A stretch of DNA of 64,000 nucleotides from Mobula hypostoma (Eukaryota). Under the pieces are notes generated by a model that saw nothing but the letters and a program-made list of their open reading frames with translations, was not told the origin of the DNA and ran no database searches. The position numbers and the translations under genes were made by a program. The stretch lies in NCBI RefSeq assembly GCF_963921235.1, contig NC_086097.1, positions 142,044,001-142,108,000 of the forward strand, given 5' to 3'. How positions within the stretch are numbered: position 1 is the first letter of the stretch; every line of letters begins with the position of its first letter. Below, piece by piece: positions 40,871-52,501 of the stretch.

Positions 40871-43800
40871 TTTTGTACAAGGGACATGATGTAAGGAACA
40901 GAATTTATAGAATGGTAAAGCACAAGATGTCAATCAACCCACAGTTTGAAATAGAGGGATCTCTGCAAAAGTACTTCATTATGACACATCAAATTAACAG
41001 AACAATTTTGGGATTTCACAAAAAAAAGTAATAAAGTGAGGAGGTTATACTAAGCATAAAAAAATGCTCAATTTGGCTCAGCATTGCTATTTTCAGTTTT
41101 GGTCACCATGCTTCAGAAGAATGTAAAGGCTTTGGGGAAGCAGTAGGTTTTCTCAAATGCTTGCAGGTGTTAAGGATTAAAATGTTACAGGCAGATTGGA
41201 GAAGATGTGGCTGTTCTCCTTACAGCAGGGAAGGCCAGGAGATCTGAAAATTTCATGGACTACTTGAGCTGAGTAAATAAAGAAAAACTCTTTCAACCAC
41301 CAAAAGAAATGATAATGGCAGATTAAAGGTGACCTGCACAAGATAGCAACCTACACACAGGAAAACATTGGTGCAGTCGTAGTTGGGATTTGGAATACAC
41401 CAATAGAGATACAAATTCAACAATGACTTCAGGAAAGAGTTGGGGTGATAGAACTAACTGATTGTACCTTGAAAACAGAAATTAACAAACACCCAGTCTC
41501 TTCTTTCCTTTTGCAATTTGATCCAGTCCATAAAATATGCTCAGTAGCATTACAGTTCCTTTATTGTTCCTTTTATACAATCTCAAAGACAGTCTTTCTA
41601 GTAATATATTTGTCTTAATGACAACTACTACATCATCTTTCTTACTCACCCTTCCTGAATAAACTACCCTCAGAACCATTAAGCATCTGATCCTTACCTT
41701 TTCAGAGTGATGAGCAGTAAACATAGACTAAAGACCAAACGGTGATACATGAGCCAATACAGATAGGTCTTTGATGGTTGGCTTACACATGATGTGCTAA
41801 GAGACCTGTTTCTGAGCTTTTTCTCATTCTGAGCCAGTATAGACACAAAGGGGAAAATAGCATATTGTACTGCAACTTCTCTGTGACTATGTGATGAGAT
41901 GGATTCATTCAGAATAGACTCGAACTCAAACCAGCGAGTTTCCAATTCTGCATGACTCAGTACTGAATTTTGCATGAGGATTATCCAATATATCATAGGT
42001 GACGTTGACACTGCTCCCAACAGGTTCAATCCATCGGTTCTATACCCCTCTCCTCATTTCCCTGCAGTGCTGCCATTTTTCTTCACTTACTCAAATGAAG
42101 GGGTTATTAACAGTGACCAATTAACCTACCAGTACATCTTTGAATGTGGGAGGAACTCAGAGAACATTTGCAGGAAAAAGTGCAAATTCCATATAAACAA
42201 TATCTGTCGTCAACATCAAACCCAGGTCCTCAACACAGAAGTGCTAACTGCTGTACCACCAGGCCTCTCAAATCAACAGAAGGAATTAATACAAAACAGA
42301 AATCTCAATGTTTTAGTTGAAATCTTGTTGAATAAAAAGTCTCTGAAATGAACTTCAATTCTGTTTCGATTTCCACAGATCCTGTGAGTATTTCCCATAT
42401 TTTCTGTTTTATTTCAGATTGTAGTATCTACAGTTATTCACATTTTGAAATCAGAAATCTTCATATGGAGACAGGGAAAACCGACACTTTGTATTTCTCT
42501 TATGAAAAAACATGACAAAATTATCAAGGTACATAGTCCAGAGAGGATATATCATGAGAGAAGCCCTGAGCAGAATCTTTGATTCCTACTTGATTACGGG
42601 AATGCAGTCACAAGATCGGAGGACTGCAAATTTTGTAAGCTATTCAAATAAGGAAATAGATGGACTTGGTAACCAATTTACCTATGGTGGTAAAATTACA
42701 AAGAACCATTTTCAAAGACAAAATGAATTTTTCACCAGGGAAAGATGGGTTAAAAAGTAACATTCAACACTTTTTTTTTACTAAGTAGTGCCTGACCAAC
42801 TAGACTGAGTTCTTTGATGTAATAACAAGTGTTCTGATGAAGGCTGCAAATTGAAAGGTGATGGAAGTAGACTCTGGAAAAGCTTTCATAGAGCTTACGA
42901 AGAAATCTAAAATAAAACTATTAGAGTACTATTAGAAAGAAATTTGCAAGGTTATGAAGAAAAGCTGATGACAAAAATACCAACTAAATCAAAGAGTAGA
43001 AACGAATGAGAAAATAAAGAAAAAAAATCACACAGAACTATTAGAAATAAGTGATAATGCTTTGACTGAAACAGAATTGACAGTTCATGTTCTTGAAGAC
43101 AGTATTGAGCTGTATTAACAGAATCATACCAAGGATGGGGCCTTATTACAAGGAAGGTCTGTGAAGTTTGAATTTTACTCTTTACAGTAGGTAAAATTGA
43201 ATGGACCTGTAATAAAAAAAATTACTGCCTTTGATAAAGCACATTAGAAGAAAGCATTTCTTAAGCAAATGGGTTAGTAAGCCAAGATAATGAATTTAAA
43301 ATAAATGACAAAATAGAGACCCTAACCACCCTGTGACCTAGAATGCAGTAGTTGAAAGGTGATAGAAGCACATTTTCACAAAGGTTCTGAAGACATCTGA
43401 AATAAAGCTATTTACTATTCGAAAGAAATTTGCAAAGTTCGAAGGATAAACTGAAAATAGATAATACAACTAATCAAAGAGTAGAAACAAGTATCAATGG
43501 TCTGGGTGGATTCCTTCTGAGAATAAGGACCAAAAAGACATCTACAGGCATTAGGGACAAGAAAGATGGCAGCAGTGGATGTAGGCGAGTGGCTAGGGGT
43601 AATAACATACTGCAACCAAGGGAAGAATGAAGGAAAAGAAGGAAAGCAATGTTTTCTTGAAAATCAGAAGTAAAAGTGCAAGTTGTTAAGCTTGACTGGA
43701 TCCGAAGCTCCTAGAAGTAAAAGCTTAGCGCGGTAATTGATTGCATCGTTCAGTGATATAAACAATCTGCAGAAATGCTCGAAAAACGAATGAAATTGAA

Positions 43801-43871
43801 ATGCTTACATATGTATCAACTTAAAAATGAACATAATGAAAAAATATACATATATACTGTCATCCACTCAC

Positions 43872-43994
43872 TTTGCCATTGGTTTGTTTTTGGCTATCTT
43901 TCGTAGCTGTGGTTTTAGCTACTCGAGTCACAGTGCTGGGTTCAACTTTTCGGTTCAATCTTACTGGATCGGGTTTTTTCTCTACTGATTTAGC
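43872..43994 (-). CDS. map4: MAP4 pseudo-repeat exon (AKSVEKKPDPVRLNRKVEPSTVTRVAKTTATKDSQKQTNGK), 123 bp, phase 0 to 0
   Basis: Acceptor atttag|GCTAAA, donor AAA|gtgagt. Resembles mammalian AKVEKK...AQKQPAGK at the same position. Confidence 0.92.
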
Positions 43995-45471
43995 CTAAAT
44001 AAACAACCAAAAAGGGATGGAAAAATAAACAAGTACACAGGCAAATGTAATGAGGGAGAAACTCAAGAGAGAATGTTCTGAAATTTAAAAGAAACAAATG
44101 ATTAACCCAGTTTAGTCATTTAAAATACATACTAACAAAACACAATAGATCAATGTTTTAAAAATAAAGCACACTTCTTACTTCCAATATATTTGAATTC
44201 ATTCTGAGTTATTTATGTACTTATATTCCAAAATATCTTCAGATTGGAAACAACTAAGTTACTTTCTGCTTGGTTTCCACATCATACCCCACCCAACCCC
44301 CACTCTCCTAAAAACCACGATATTATAGGTCAGTGAGCCTGAAGTCAGTCGTGGCTAAATTATTAAAAGTGTTTTCTAAGGGACAGAATATACTGTATAT
44401 GTATTCAGATAGAGAAGGCCTGATTTGGGAAAGTAGGTCATGTCTAACCAATCTTATAGTTTTGAGGAGGTAACCAAGAAGGCTGATGAAACAATACTCA
44501 TGTTCAAAAGTCATTAATGTTGTTTACATGGATTTTAGCAAAGCCCTTGACAAGAACTGTATGGGAGGCTGCTCTAGAAGGTTAAGTTGCTTGGCATTTG
44601 AGATGAGGTAGTCCACTAGATTCAACATTGGCCTAGTGGGAGAGGCCAGTGAGTAGTGGCAAATGGCTGTTTCTCCGACTTGAAGCTTGTGACTAATCGT
44701 TTGCATCAGGAATCTGTGCTGAGTCTGTGGTTGTTTACCTATATTAATGATTTAGATGATAATGTGATGAACTGAATCAGCAAATTTGCAAATGACATCA
44801 AGACAGGGGACACAGTGGACAGTGAGGAAAGCTATTAAGTCTTGCAGTGTGACCATGACCAGCTGGGAAAAAGGGCTGAAAGGTGGCAGAAGGAATTTAA
44901 TGCAGAGAAGTGTGAGATGTTGCACATTGGGAGGACAAACCAGAGTAAAGTATTACACACAAAGTGGTGGGGGTCTGAGGTGTGCCATGGAATAAAGCAA
45001 CCAGGGAAAAATGATCCATCATTCCTTGAAAGTAGACAGATAAGATCATAAAGAGATCTTCCAAAACATTTGCCTTCATAAATCAAGGCACTGAGTACAG
45101 GAATTGGGATATTGTGGTAAGAGTTGCATAAGATGTTGCTGACGCCAAATTTAGGGTACTGGATGCAGTTTTGTCACGCATAAGAAAGATGCCAGTAAGA
45201 TTGAGAGATCAGATAAAAATTTACAAGGATGTTGCCAGGTCTTGAGGACATGAATTACAGGGAAAAGCTGAATAGGCGAGGATGTTATTCCCGAGAGTAC
45301 AGGAGAATCGCCGGGGGGGGGGGGGGGGGGGGGGGGCGGATGTGATAGACATATAAAAAATTACAAGGGATATAGATAGGGCAAAAGCAAACAGGCTTTT
45401 TCCACTTAGCAACACACATCAAAGTTGCTGGTGAACGCAGCAGGCCAAGCAGCATCTGTAGGAAGAGGTGC

Positions 45472-45507
45472 AGTCGACGTTTCAGGCCGAGACCCTTCGT
45501 CAGGACT
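45472..45507 (-). ncRNA. Intact minimal type I hammerhead ribozyme motif
   Basis: AGUC-CUGACGA-AGG(GUCUCGG)CCU-GAAA-C-GUC/GACU: stem I AGUC:GACU, both core boxes, stem II AGG:CCU, palindromic ACGU stem III, GUC cleavage triplet. Confidence 0.8.
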
Positions 45508-45825
45508 AACTGAAGGAAGAGTGAGTAAGGGATTTGAAAGTTGGAGGGGGAGGGGGAGATCCAAAATGATAGGAGAAGACAGGAAGGGGAGGGATAGAGC
45601 CAAGAGCTGGACAGGTGATAGGCAAAAGGGGATACGAGAGGATCATGGGACAGGAGGTCTGGGAAGAAAGATGGGGGGGGGGGACCCAGAGGATGGGCAA
45701 GGGGTATATTCAGAGGCACAGAGGGAGAAAAAGGAGAGTGAGAGAAAGAACGTGTGCATAAAAATAAGTAACAGATGGGGTACGAGGGGGAGGTGGGGCC
45801 TAGCGGAAGTTAGAGAAGTCGATGT

Positions 45826-46092
45826 TCATGCCATCAGGTTGGAGGCTACCAGACGGAATATAAGGTGTTGTTCCTCCAACCTGAGTGTGGCTTCATCTTT
45901 ACAGTAGAGGAGGCCGTGGATAGACATGTCAGAATGGGAATGGGATGTGGAATTAAAATGTGTGGCCACTGGGAGATCCTGCTTTCTCTGGAGGACAGAG
46001 CGTAGATGTTCAGCAAAGTGGTCTCCCAGTCTGCGTCGGGTCTCGCCAATATATAAAAGGCCACATCGGGAGCACCGGACGCAGTATATCAC
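45826..46092 (-). pseudogene. GIY-YIG endonuclease domain of a Penelope-like retroelement (fragment)
   Basis: (V)IY-x-C..C-x-YIGET motif, conserved R...EH, HF and E. No RT present. Confidence 0.9.
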
Positions 46093-46482
46093 CCCAGTTG
46101 ACTCACGGTGAAGTGTTGACTCACCTGGAAGGACTGTTTGACCTCCAACCTGATGGCATGAACATCGACTTCTCTAACTTCCGCTAGGCCCCACCTCCCC
46201 CTCGTATCCCATCTGTTACTTATTTTTATGCACACATTCTTTTTCTCTCACTCTCCTTTTTCTCCCTCTGTCCTTCTGAATATACCTCTTGCCCATCCTC
46301 TGGGTTCCCCCCCCCCCGTCTTTCTTCCCGGACCTCCTGTCCCATGATCCTCTCGTATCCCCTTTTGCCTATCACCTGTCCAGCTCTTGGCTCCATCCCT
46401 CCCCCTCCAGTCTTCTCCTATCATTTTGGATCTCCCCCTCCCCCTCCAACTTTCAAATCCCTTACTCACTCTTCCTTCAGTT

Positions 46483-46518
46483 AGTCCTGACAAAGGGTCT
46501 CGGCCTGAAACGTCGACT
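46483..46518 (+). ncRNA. Hammerhead ribozyme motif with core mutation (CUGACAA)
   Basis: Same as 45472-45507 except for G8 to A. Confidence 0.65.
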
Positions 46519-47150
46519 GCACCTCTTCCTACAGATGCTGCTTGGCCTGCTGCGTTCACCAGCAACTTTGATGTGTGTTGCTTGAATTTCCAGCATCTGC
46601 AGAATTCCTGTTGTTTTTCCACTTAGCTTGGGTGAGATTAGAACTAGAGGTCATGGGTTAATGGTGATAAGGGGGAAAGTTTAAGGGGAACATGAGGGGA
46701 ATCTTCTTCACTCATAGGGTGGTGACAGCATGGAATTAGCTGCCAATGGTGCATGTGGGTTCAATTTCAACATTTACAGTTACAGGAATATGGACGGGAG
46801 GGGCATGGAGATCTACAGTAGAGGTGCACATCAGTGGACAGGTGAGCCATTGGGTCTGATGCTGTTCTGCAGTGTTCTATGTCTCCAGGAGTGGGCCAGG
46901 AATTGGAGGATTGTTTAGACAAAGGACAGACAGTTTAACATCAGTAATGTGCAATTTATTAGAATGAATTCTGAGCAACAGTATAAATCTTTATTTATGA
47001 CAGCAAAGTCGAAAACAATAAGCGTGGATTGATTTGTAGTAGCATGGTCTGAAAAGGTCCCATAAAGCAGTCTAGTCAATGAAGCAAAATTACTAGTGAG
47101 ATCAGCACTAAAATTGGTTCCATATAGGAATCAAAGAGATTTGTTAACAG

Positions 47151-47355
47151 ATATTCAGCAAGCCAGGCAGTATGTATGGAAAAGAGTAAACAGTCGATGT
47201 TTTGGGCTGAGACCCATCATCAGGGTCTGATGAAGGGTCTCGGCCTGAAATGATAACTGTTTATTCTTTTCCGTAGATGCTGCCTGGCCTGCTGAGTTCC
47301 TCCAGCAATCTGCGTGTGTTGCTTTGTATCTCCAGCATTTGCAGATTTTCTTGTG
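47151..47355. mobile_element. Fold-back Penelope-derived mini-element with two back-to-back hammerhead remnants and 11-bp TSD
   Basis: Centre catcatcag-ggt-ctgatgaag with inverted arms. TSD tttgttaacag at 47140-47150 and 47356-47366. Confidence 0.85.
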
Positions 47356-47429
47356 TTTGTTAACAGGCACTTCAGTGATAGTTAGGATTACAGTAGGGGT
47401 GAGTAGAATCTTGCACAATCCATATGGAG

Positions 47430-47820
47430 AAGGGAAAGTGAAAATAATGACAGAGGCTAGTAGGTGATAGGTGGAGGCAACAAAGAATTACAGATGATGG
47501 AATCTGATAGAAACAGAAGATGGTGCATGGATTCCATTATCTACACCCCTTTCTTGCCCTAGCCTGTCATTATTTCCACTCTTCCCTCCTCCATCACCAA
47601 TTACTTCCTCTCATCTGGACCTATCTACTGCTTGCCAGCTTTTTCCCTCCCCTTTCTGTCACCTCTTTATGCTGGCCATTTTCCCTCTGCTCTTTCATTC
47701 TGGATTAACAGCCTTGACTCGAAGAATCAGCTGGCCATTTCCCTCTACAGATGCTGCTTGACTGACTTCTGCCAGCAATTTTTTTTTGTTCCAGATTTCA
47801 GCATCTGTAGCCCCTGTCTC
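47430..47820. mobile_element. Old, degenerate Penelope-like pLTR fragments
   Basis: Purine-rich then pyrimidine-rich arms, with terminus cagatgctgc...cagcatctg. Confidence 0.5.
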
Positions 47821-48369
47821 TAAATTTCAAAGAATATTGCCAGGACTAGAAGACTAGCTATGAGGAAAGATTGGGCAGCCACGATCTTTTTTTGGAACAG
47901 GTGGGTGAGAAGAAATGTAATTAAGGTATATACAGATAAAACAGGAAAGAGCTATTTCCTATAATAGAGAGATCAAAAACTTTGGAAAGTAGATTTAATA
48001 AGTGAAAAAAAATCACCGGAGGTTGATAAAGACTGGAACTTGCTGTCTGAAAGGATAGTAAAGACTTCATCACATTTAAAACTTACAGGGCTATACATGA
48101 AAAATTGGAGTTTGCACTGAATGGTGGTATTAAACTGTGTAGCTCTTTTCATACAGACACAGACAAGAATGGCCTTTTTTGAATCAAATATTTTCAATAA
48201 TTCTATCACTGTTTTTCCAGTAATTTGCTACCTAGGCCACCTTGCCATGAAAACTTTACGACTTCACTTATTTTTATAACTGTTTCAAATTTATCACATT
48301 GCTATCAAATTGAATAAAAAATTCTCCCCTATTATAATGCAAGGGGATTCTTTGCTATAAGATTACTAA

Positions 48370-48832
48370 CTAAAAGTGATGTTGTGGGGATGGATTCTCT
48401 CACGGTGGTGTCTGAAAAGAGGATGCTGTCTAAGTTGCATGCCATCTTGGTCAATGTCTCCCATCCACTATATAATGGAGTGGTTGGGCACAGGAGTACA
48501 TTCAGCCAGAGACTCATTCCTCCGAGATGCAGCACAGAGTGTCATAGGAAGTCATTCCTGCCTGTGGCCATCAAACTTTACAACTCCTCCCTTGGAGGGT
48601 CAGACACCCTGAGCCGATAGGCTGGTCCTGGACTTATTTCATAATTTACTGGCATAATTTACATATTACTATTTAACTATTTATTACTATTTTCTATTAC
48701 TATTCTATTACTACTTATTATTTCTATGACTATTACTATTTACTAATTGTAATATTACTATTACTATTTATTATTTATGGTGCAACTGTAGCGAAAACCA
48801 TTTTCCCCCGGGATCAATAAACTATGACTATG
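48370..48832 (+). mobile_element. Rex1/Babar-like LINE 3' fragment
   Basis: ORF 48384 (SHPLY...RKSFLPVAIKLYN), AT-rich simple repeats, AATAAA plus a (CTATGA)n tail. Confidence 0.8.
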
Positions 48833-49811
48833 AAACTTCCAATGCAGCAGTCCTAATATTGGAATTAACCCTATATAGTTTTCTCCTGTACTCCTAACAT
48901 TAAACTTAGTATTATAGACTTTAATTTTGATTAGATTTTAGGGGCCACATTACACAATTTATAACATAATTTAAAAACTTGCAGAGGCGAGTTAACAAAA
49001 ATGGTAAACATGCTTCACTGGGTTACAAGCACAGTTGGGACTATGCCATAAAATTCTATATTATTCTTACAATAGTCAAATTAGAGTTAAAAGCCAGGAA
49101 ACAAAATGAAGGTTATTCAGTAACTGAATGGGGAGTGAATCTTGGGCAGTAAACTTCATAGAGTTACGATTTCAGGTCAAACCTCACAATTATATTTACT
49201 CTTTCAAATGTTATCTGATAATTTTCTTTCGGAAGAATACAACCTTCCAGAAATAATACACATCTTCAAACTAAGTGTTTGATATTTCTTGGAATACTTT
49301 TATAATTTTCAATATTGCCCCATAATTAATGGATGAGCTGAACAAGGAGTGAAACAGAAGACAAATGAATATTCAAAAGATACAAGGTGCATAGAATATT
49401 AAATCAGAAAGATAAATAAGTTCAACGAGAGTAATAGGAATAGTCCAAACATTAATGAGGAAATTATTAAGAGTAATGAATATTTAGAACAAGTAGAAAG
49501 TTACATACAGTATATTAGCATTTTTTAAAAATAGAACTGCACTTTCAAAAATTTCTTGGATTACGTGACTGTTCTGCATTGTTTGAATATTCTGAGTAAA
49601 CAGAAGGCAATACTTCAATTCAAGTCATTTTTTTAAAATAAGGAGTATTAGTATGTTACATGGTTGAACTTTGATCAACAAAGGAAGCTTCATTCTCCCC
49701 TACTATTTTTCTCATTTCAATTTTCCAATGCTTACTTCTCACTTAATTTATCAAAGTGTGCTTGAATAAAATGACTGGCATTCATTTATCTTCAAATAGG
49801 AAACCACTTAC

Positions 49812-50140
49812 TTTTCCTCCTCCAGGTTGGTGTTTGATATTATCTGTGGATCCGATTTTTGATTTAACATTTTTTAGGTCTGGAGCTGGGGCACTAGTTG
49901 GTCGTGGTTGCTTTGGACCTGCTGCTACAGTGGGTTTTGAAGCTGTACGGGAAATGGGTGTCACTCTTTTTGCCTCAGAAGCAGCTGTTGTCTTCAGAGC
50001 CAGTGTTCTGGGTGCCCGAGAAGTGTTAGATGATGGTGTTCCAGGACTACTCACACCAAGAGGTGTGCTTGGCGTACTTGGGGTAGTGCCAGCACTCTTC
50101 ATAGAGGCTGTAGAAGTAGTCTTTGGGCGACCCGTCTCAC
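49812..50140 (-). CDS. map4: MAP4 exon ending in microtubule-binding repeat R1 (...[25 protein letters not shown]), 329 bp, phase 1 to 0
   Basis: Acceptor gatcttag|GTGAG, donor AAA|gtaagt. Canonical tau/MAP repeat with KIGS and PGGG. Confidence 0.97.
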
Positions 50141-50844
50141 CTAAGATCAAAACAAGAAGAAAGCTATAATCTTGATAAAAATAAATTGTTTCTAGATTAG
50201 GTTGATCTAGTTATGTGTTGAACAATGACATTATTTTACAGTAATGAACAATGCATGACATCTAAATTAGCTAGATGCCTAAAAGTATAAAATACTACAC
50301 TGCTCTTTCCTATTCCTCAAACATCCTTTCACAAATAAACATCTATCTGTCTCTTGAACTGACTCCATGAGCAGTTTAGGTTATACCACAGTTCTCAAAC
50401 TGAGGATCCCCCCACTGGAAATCAGGTTTTTCATTTGTTATTGGTGTTTACTTACAAGGAAGCTTTACTTGCATCAAAAGCAAACGTCCAAAATAAGAGC
50501 ACCAAATTTGTGGTCAACTGTTCAATGTAGCCTTGACTGCCAAGTGATCTGAATGGCATTGACATATATCCATATCAGATTAAAACTTGACTATATGAGT
50601 TTATCTATGGGTGAATGAATCAACAGATCAGAGCTCACAATTATCCCCAGTCCTTACCATTCAAATGATGTAGGTGGAAGTTTAGTCCAAAGATGGGAAA
50701 AATGTAATTGGCTTTAGCATTGCTGACTCATGGGAAAGAGAGCAGAAAACCAACTCATGATCACAAAACCGGAACAATGATAGAATGTTCAAATGCACTT
50801 GTTGGTTGAGGTCACAGCAACAACACATAGGACACTCATCCCTC

Positions 50845-51570
50845 CCCACTGAACTCCCTCCGGGAACTTACCGCTGTTAAGTGGGACAGTGCTACACCTA
50901 GATCCTACACCTCTTCCCTCAACACCATTCAGGGCCACAAACAGTCATTCCAGATGATGTGACACTTCACCTGCAAGTTTGACAAGGTCATCTATTGTAT
51001 CCACTGCTCCCGTTGTGGCCTCCTCTACATTGATGAGACCCAATGTAGATTGGTGGACTGCTTTGTCAAGTACTTTACTCAGATTGGAGGAGCAACACCT
51101 CATATTCAGTCTGGGTATCCTCCAACCTGATGGAATGAGCATTTCTTTTGCTAACTTCCTGTAATTTCACCTTCCTTCTCTCTTTTTCCATTCCCCAATC
51201 TGGTACCCTTCTTGCCCCTTTCTCTTCTCCTCACTTGCCCATCACCTGTCTCTAGTGCCCTCTCCTTCCCTTTATCCTACTGTCCACTCTTTTCTCCTAT
51301 CAGATTCCTTCTTCTTCTTTTGATCTTTACTTCTTCCGACTATCACCACCCAGCTTCTCACCATCACTCCCTCTTTACCCACCTATCTTCCCCCCTCACC
51401 TTGTTTCTCCTATCATTTGCCAGCATACGCTCCTTCCCATCCCCCACTTTCTTATTCAGGCTTCTTCACCTTCCTTTCCAGTCAACTGTTCATTGACCTG
51501 CTGAGTTGCTCCAGCGTCTCCTGTATGTTGCTCTGGATTTTCAGTATCCACCAAATCTCGTGTTTATGTC
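50845..51570 (+). mobile_element. Penelope-like 3' fragment (GIY-YIG remnant plus pLTR)
   Basis: IYCIHCSRCGLLYIDET and LRLEEQHLIFSLGILQPDGMSI, then a pyrimidine-rich tract and the terminus. The hammerhead is deleted. Confidence 0.85.
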
Positions 51571-51815
51571 TTCCAAAATGCATCCTCTAATCACACACGA
51601 GGAATGCCAATATAAATGAAGTACTAGGAGACAACTGGTGCACATGTAACTACATCCCAAGCAAGAAAATTCAGGAGTGTGGAAAGTTATGAGCTAATGC
51701 AAAACCATTGCTGTCAGTGACGGCCCGATGAAGTTGGGGATGGGGAGAGGAGGAGTATTGCAAAGAAAGTGAAATGCACAATAATACAAGGAGAAATAAA
51801 ACAAACACTCATTAC

Positions 51816-51878
51816 CCAAGGGAGACTTTGCAGACAGGGGCTTCCTAACTTCTGTAGATTTTGGTTCAGTTTTGATAG
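51816..51878 (-). CDS. map4: MAP4 63-bp exon ((S)IKTEPKSTEVRKPLSAKSPL), phase 1 to 1
   Basis: Acceptor ttttattttcag|CTATC, donor TTGG|gtaatg. Resembles mammalian MAP4 IKTEGKPAEVKKMTAKSVP. Not in the ORF track. Confidence 0.9.
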
Positions 51879-52501
51879 CTGAAAATAAAATGTTTAAAGA
51901 GTTATAATAATTTTACCAATTTAAGGTGCTAGCTCTAAACAGCCTCTCCCTACTCTAATAACCTTACAACTTTTTAAACATCTTTTTCCTTTGGCAGGAA
52001 AAACAAAACCCTTTATAGATTTGGTTAAATGATCCTTGCTTAAAATTGCTCAGAGACTAGGCCTTACCCCATTTCTTACATGCTATAACTGCATGACCCA
52101 AGGCCAAAGAATTCCACAAAGAGCTCGTCACATATCAGCATTCTTGAGCCATAATTCTGGTCTTTCTGAAGGATGGGCTGAGCCAGCCTAAAAGATTTCA
52201 TATTTGTATTTTGATATAAAATAGCTAATCCACACTGATCAGTTTGAGTGAGGAAACAAATGGTTTGAGACAGTCTCACAACTAGAAGTAATTTATTATT
52301 TCAAAATGTAATCAGGGAAAAAAAATTAAGTTTTGAACTCATTAGGTGAGGGCTATTGATATTTAGCATGGAACTATGCTCAACTCAAACACCCAATACA
52401 TTTAAGGTCAAGTTTCAGAAGAACCAAGAAGTCAGCAAGAAGCTCTGTCTTCTCAAATATTTAGAAATGCTCATGCTATTAAGGATTTAAAAGTGTATAT
52501 A

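Larger units (their letters stand above)
45409..46613. mobile_element. Penelope-like element fragment with inverted pseudo-LTRs and GIY-YIG endonuclease remnant
   Basis: Arms 45409-45845 and 46142-46581 are reverse complements. Centre ORF reads IYCVRCSRCGLLYIGETRRRLGDHFAEH...VATHFN...LEEQHLIFRL. TSD tttttccacttagc at 45397-45410 and 46614-46627. Confidence 0.93.
44320..46890 (+). mobile_element. Degraded CR1 RT fragment split by a Penelope-like insertion
   Basis: YRSVSLKSVVAK to the 3' end. The host sequence reads continuously once 45409-46613 and one TSD copy are removed. Poly-G at ~45313-45336. Confidence 0.88.

Noticed and set aside
45285..46626. Many overlapping ORFs on both strands
   Set aside because: Artefacts of the low-complexity inverted pLTR arms; only the GIY-YIG frame is meaningful.
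49756..50169. 137-aa plus-strand ORF antisense to a map4 exon, and a similar one at 54314-54559
   Set aside because: Shadow frames caused by the codon bias of Pro/Ser/Thr-rich exons.
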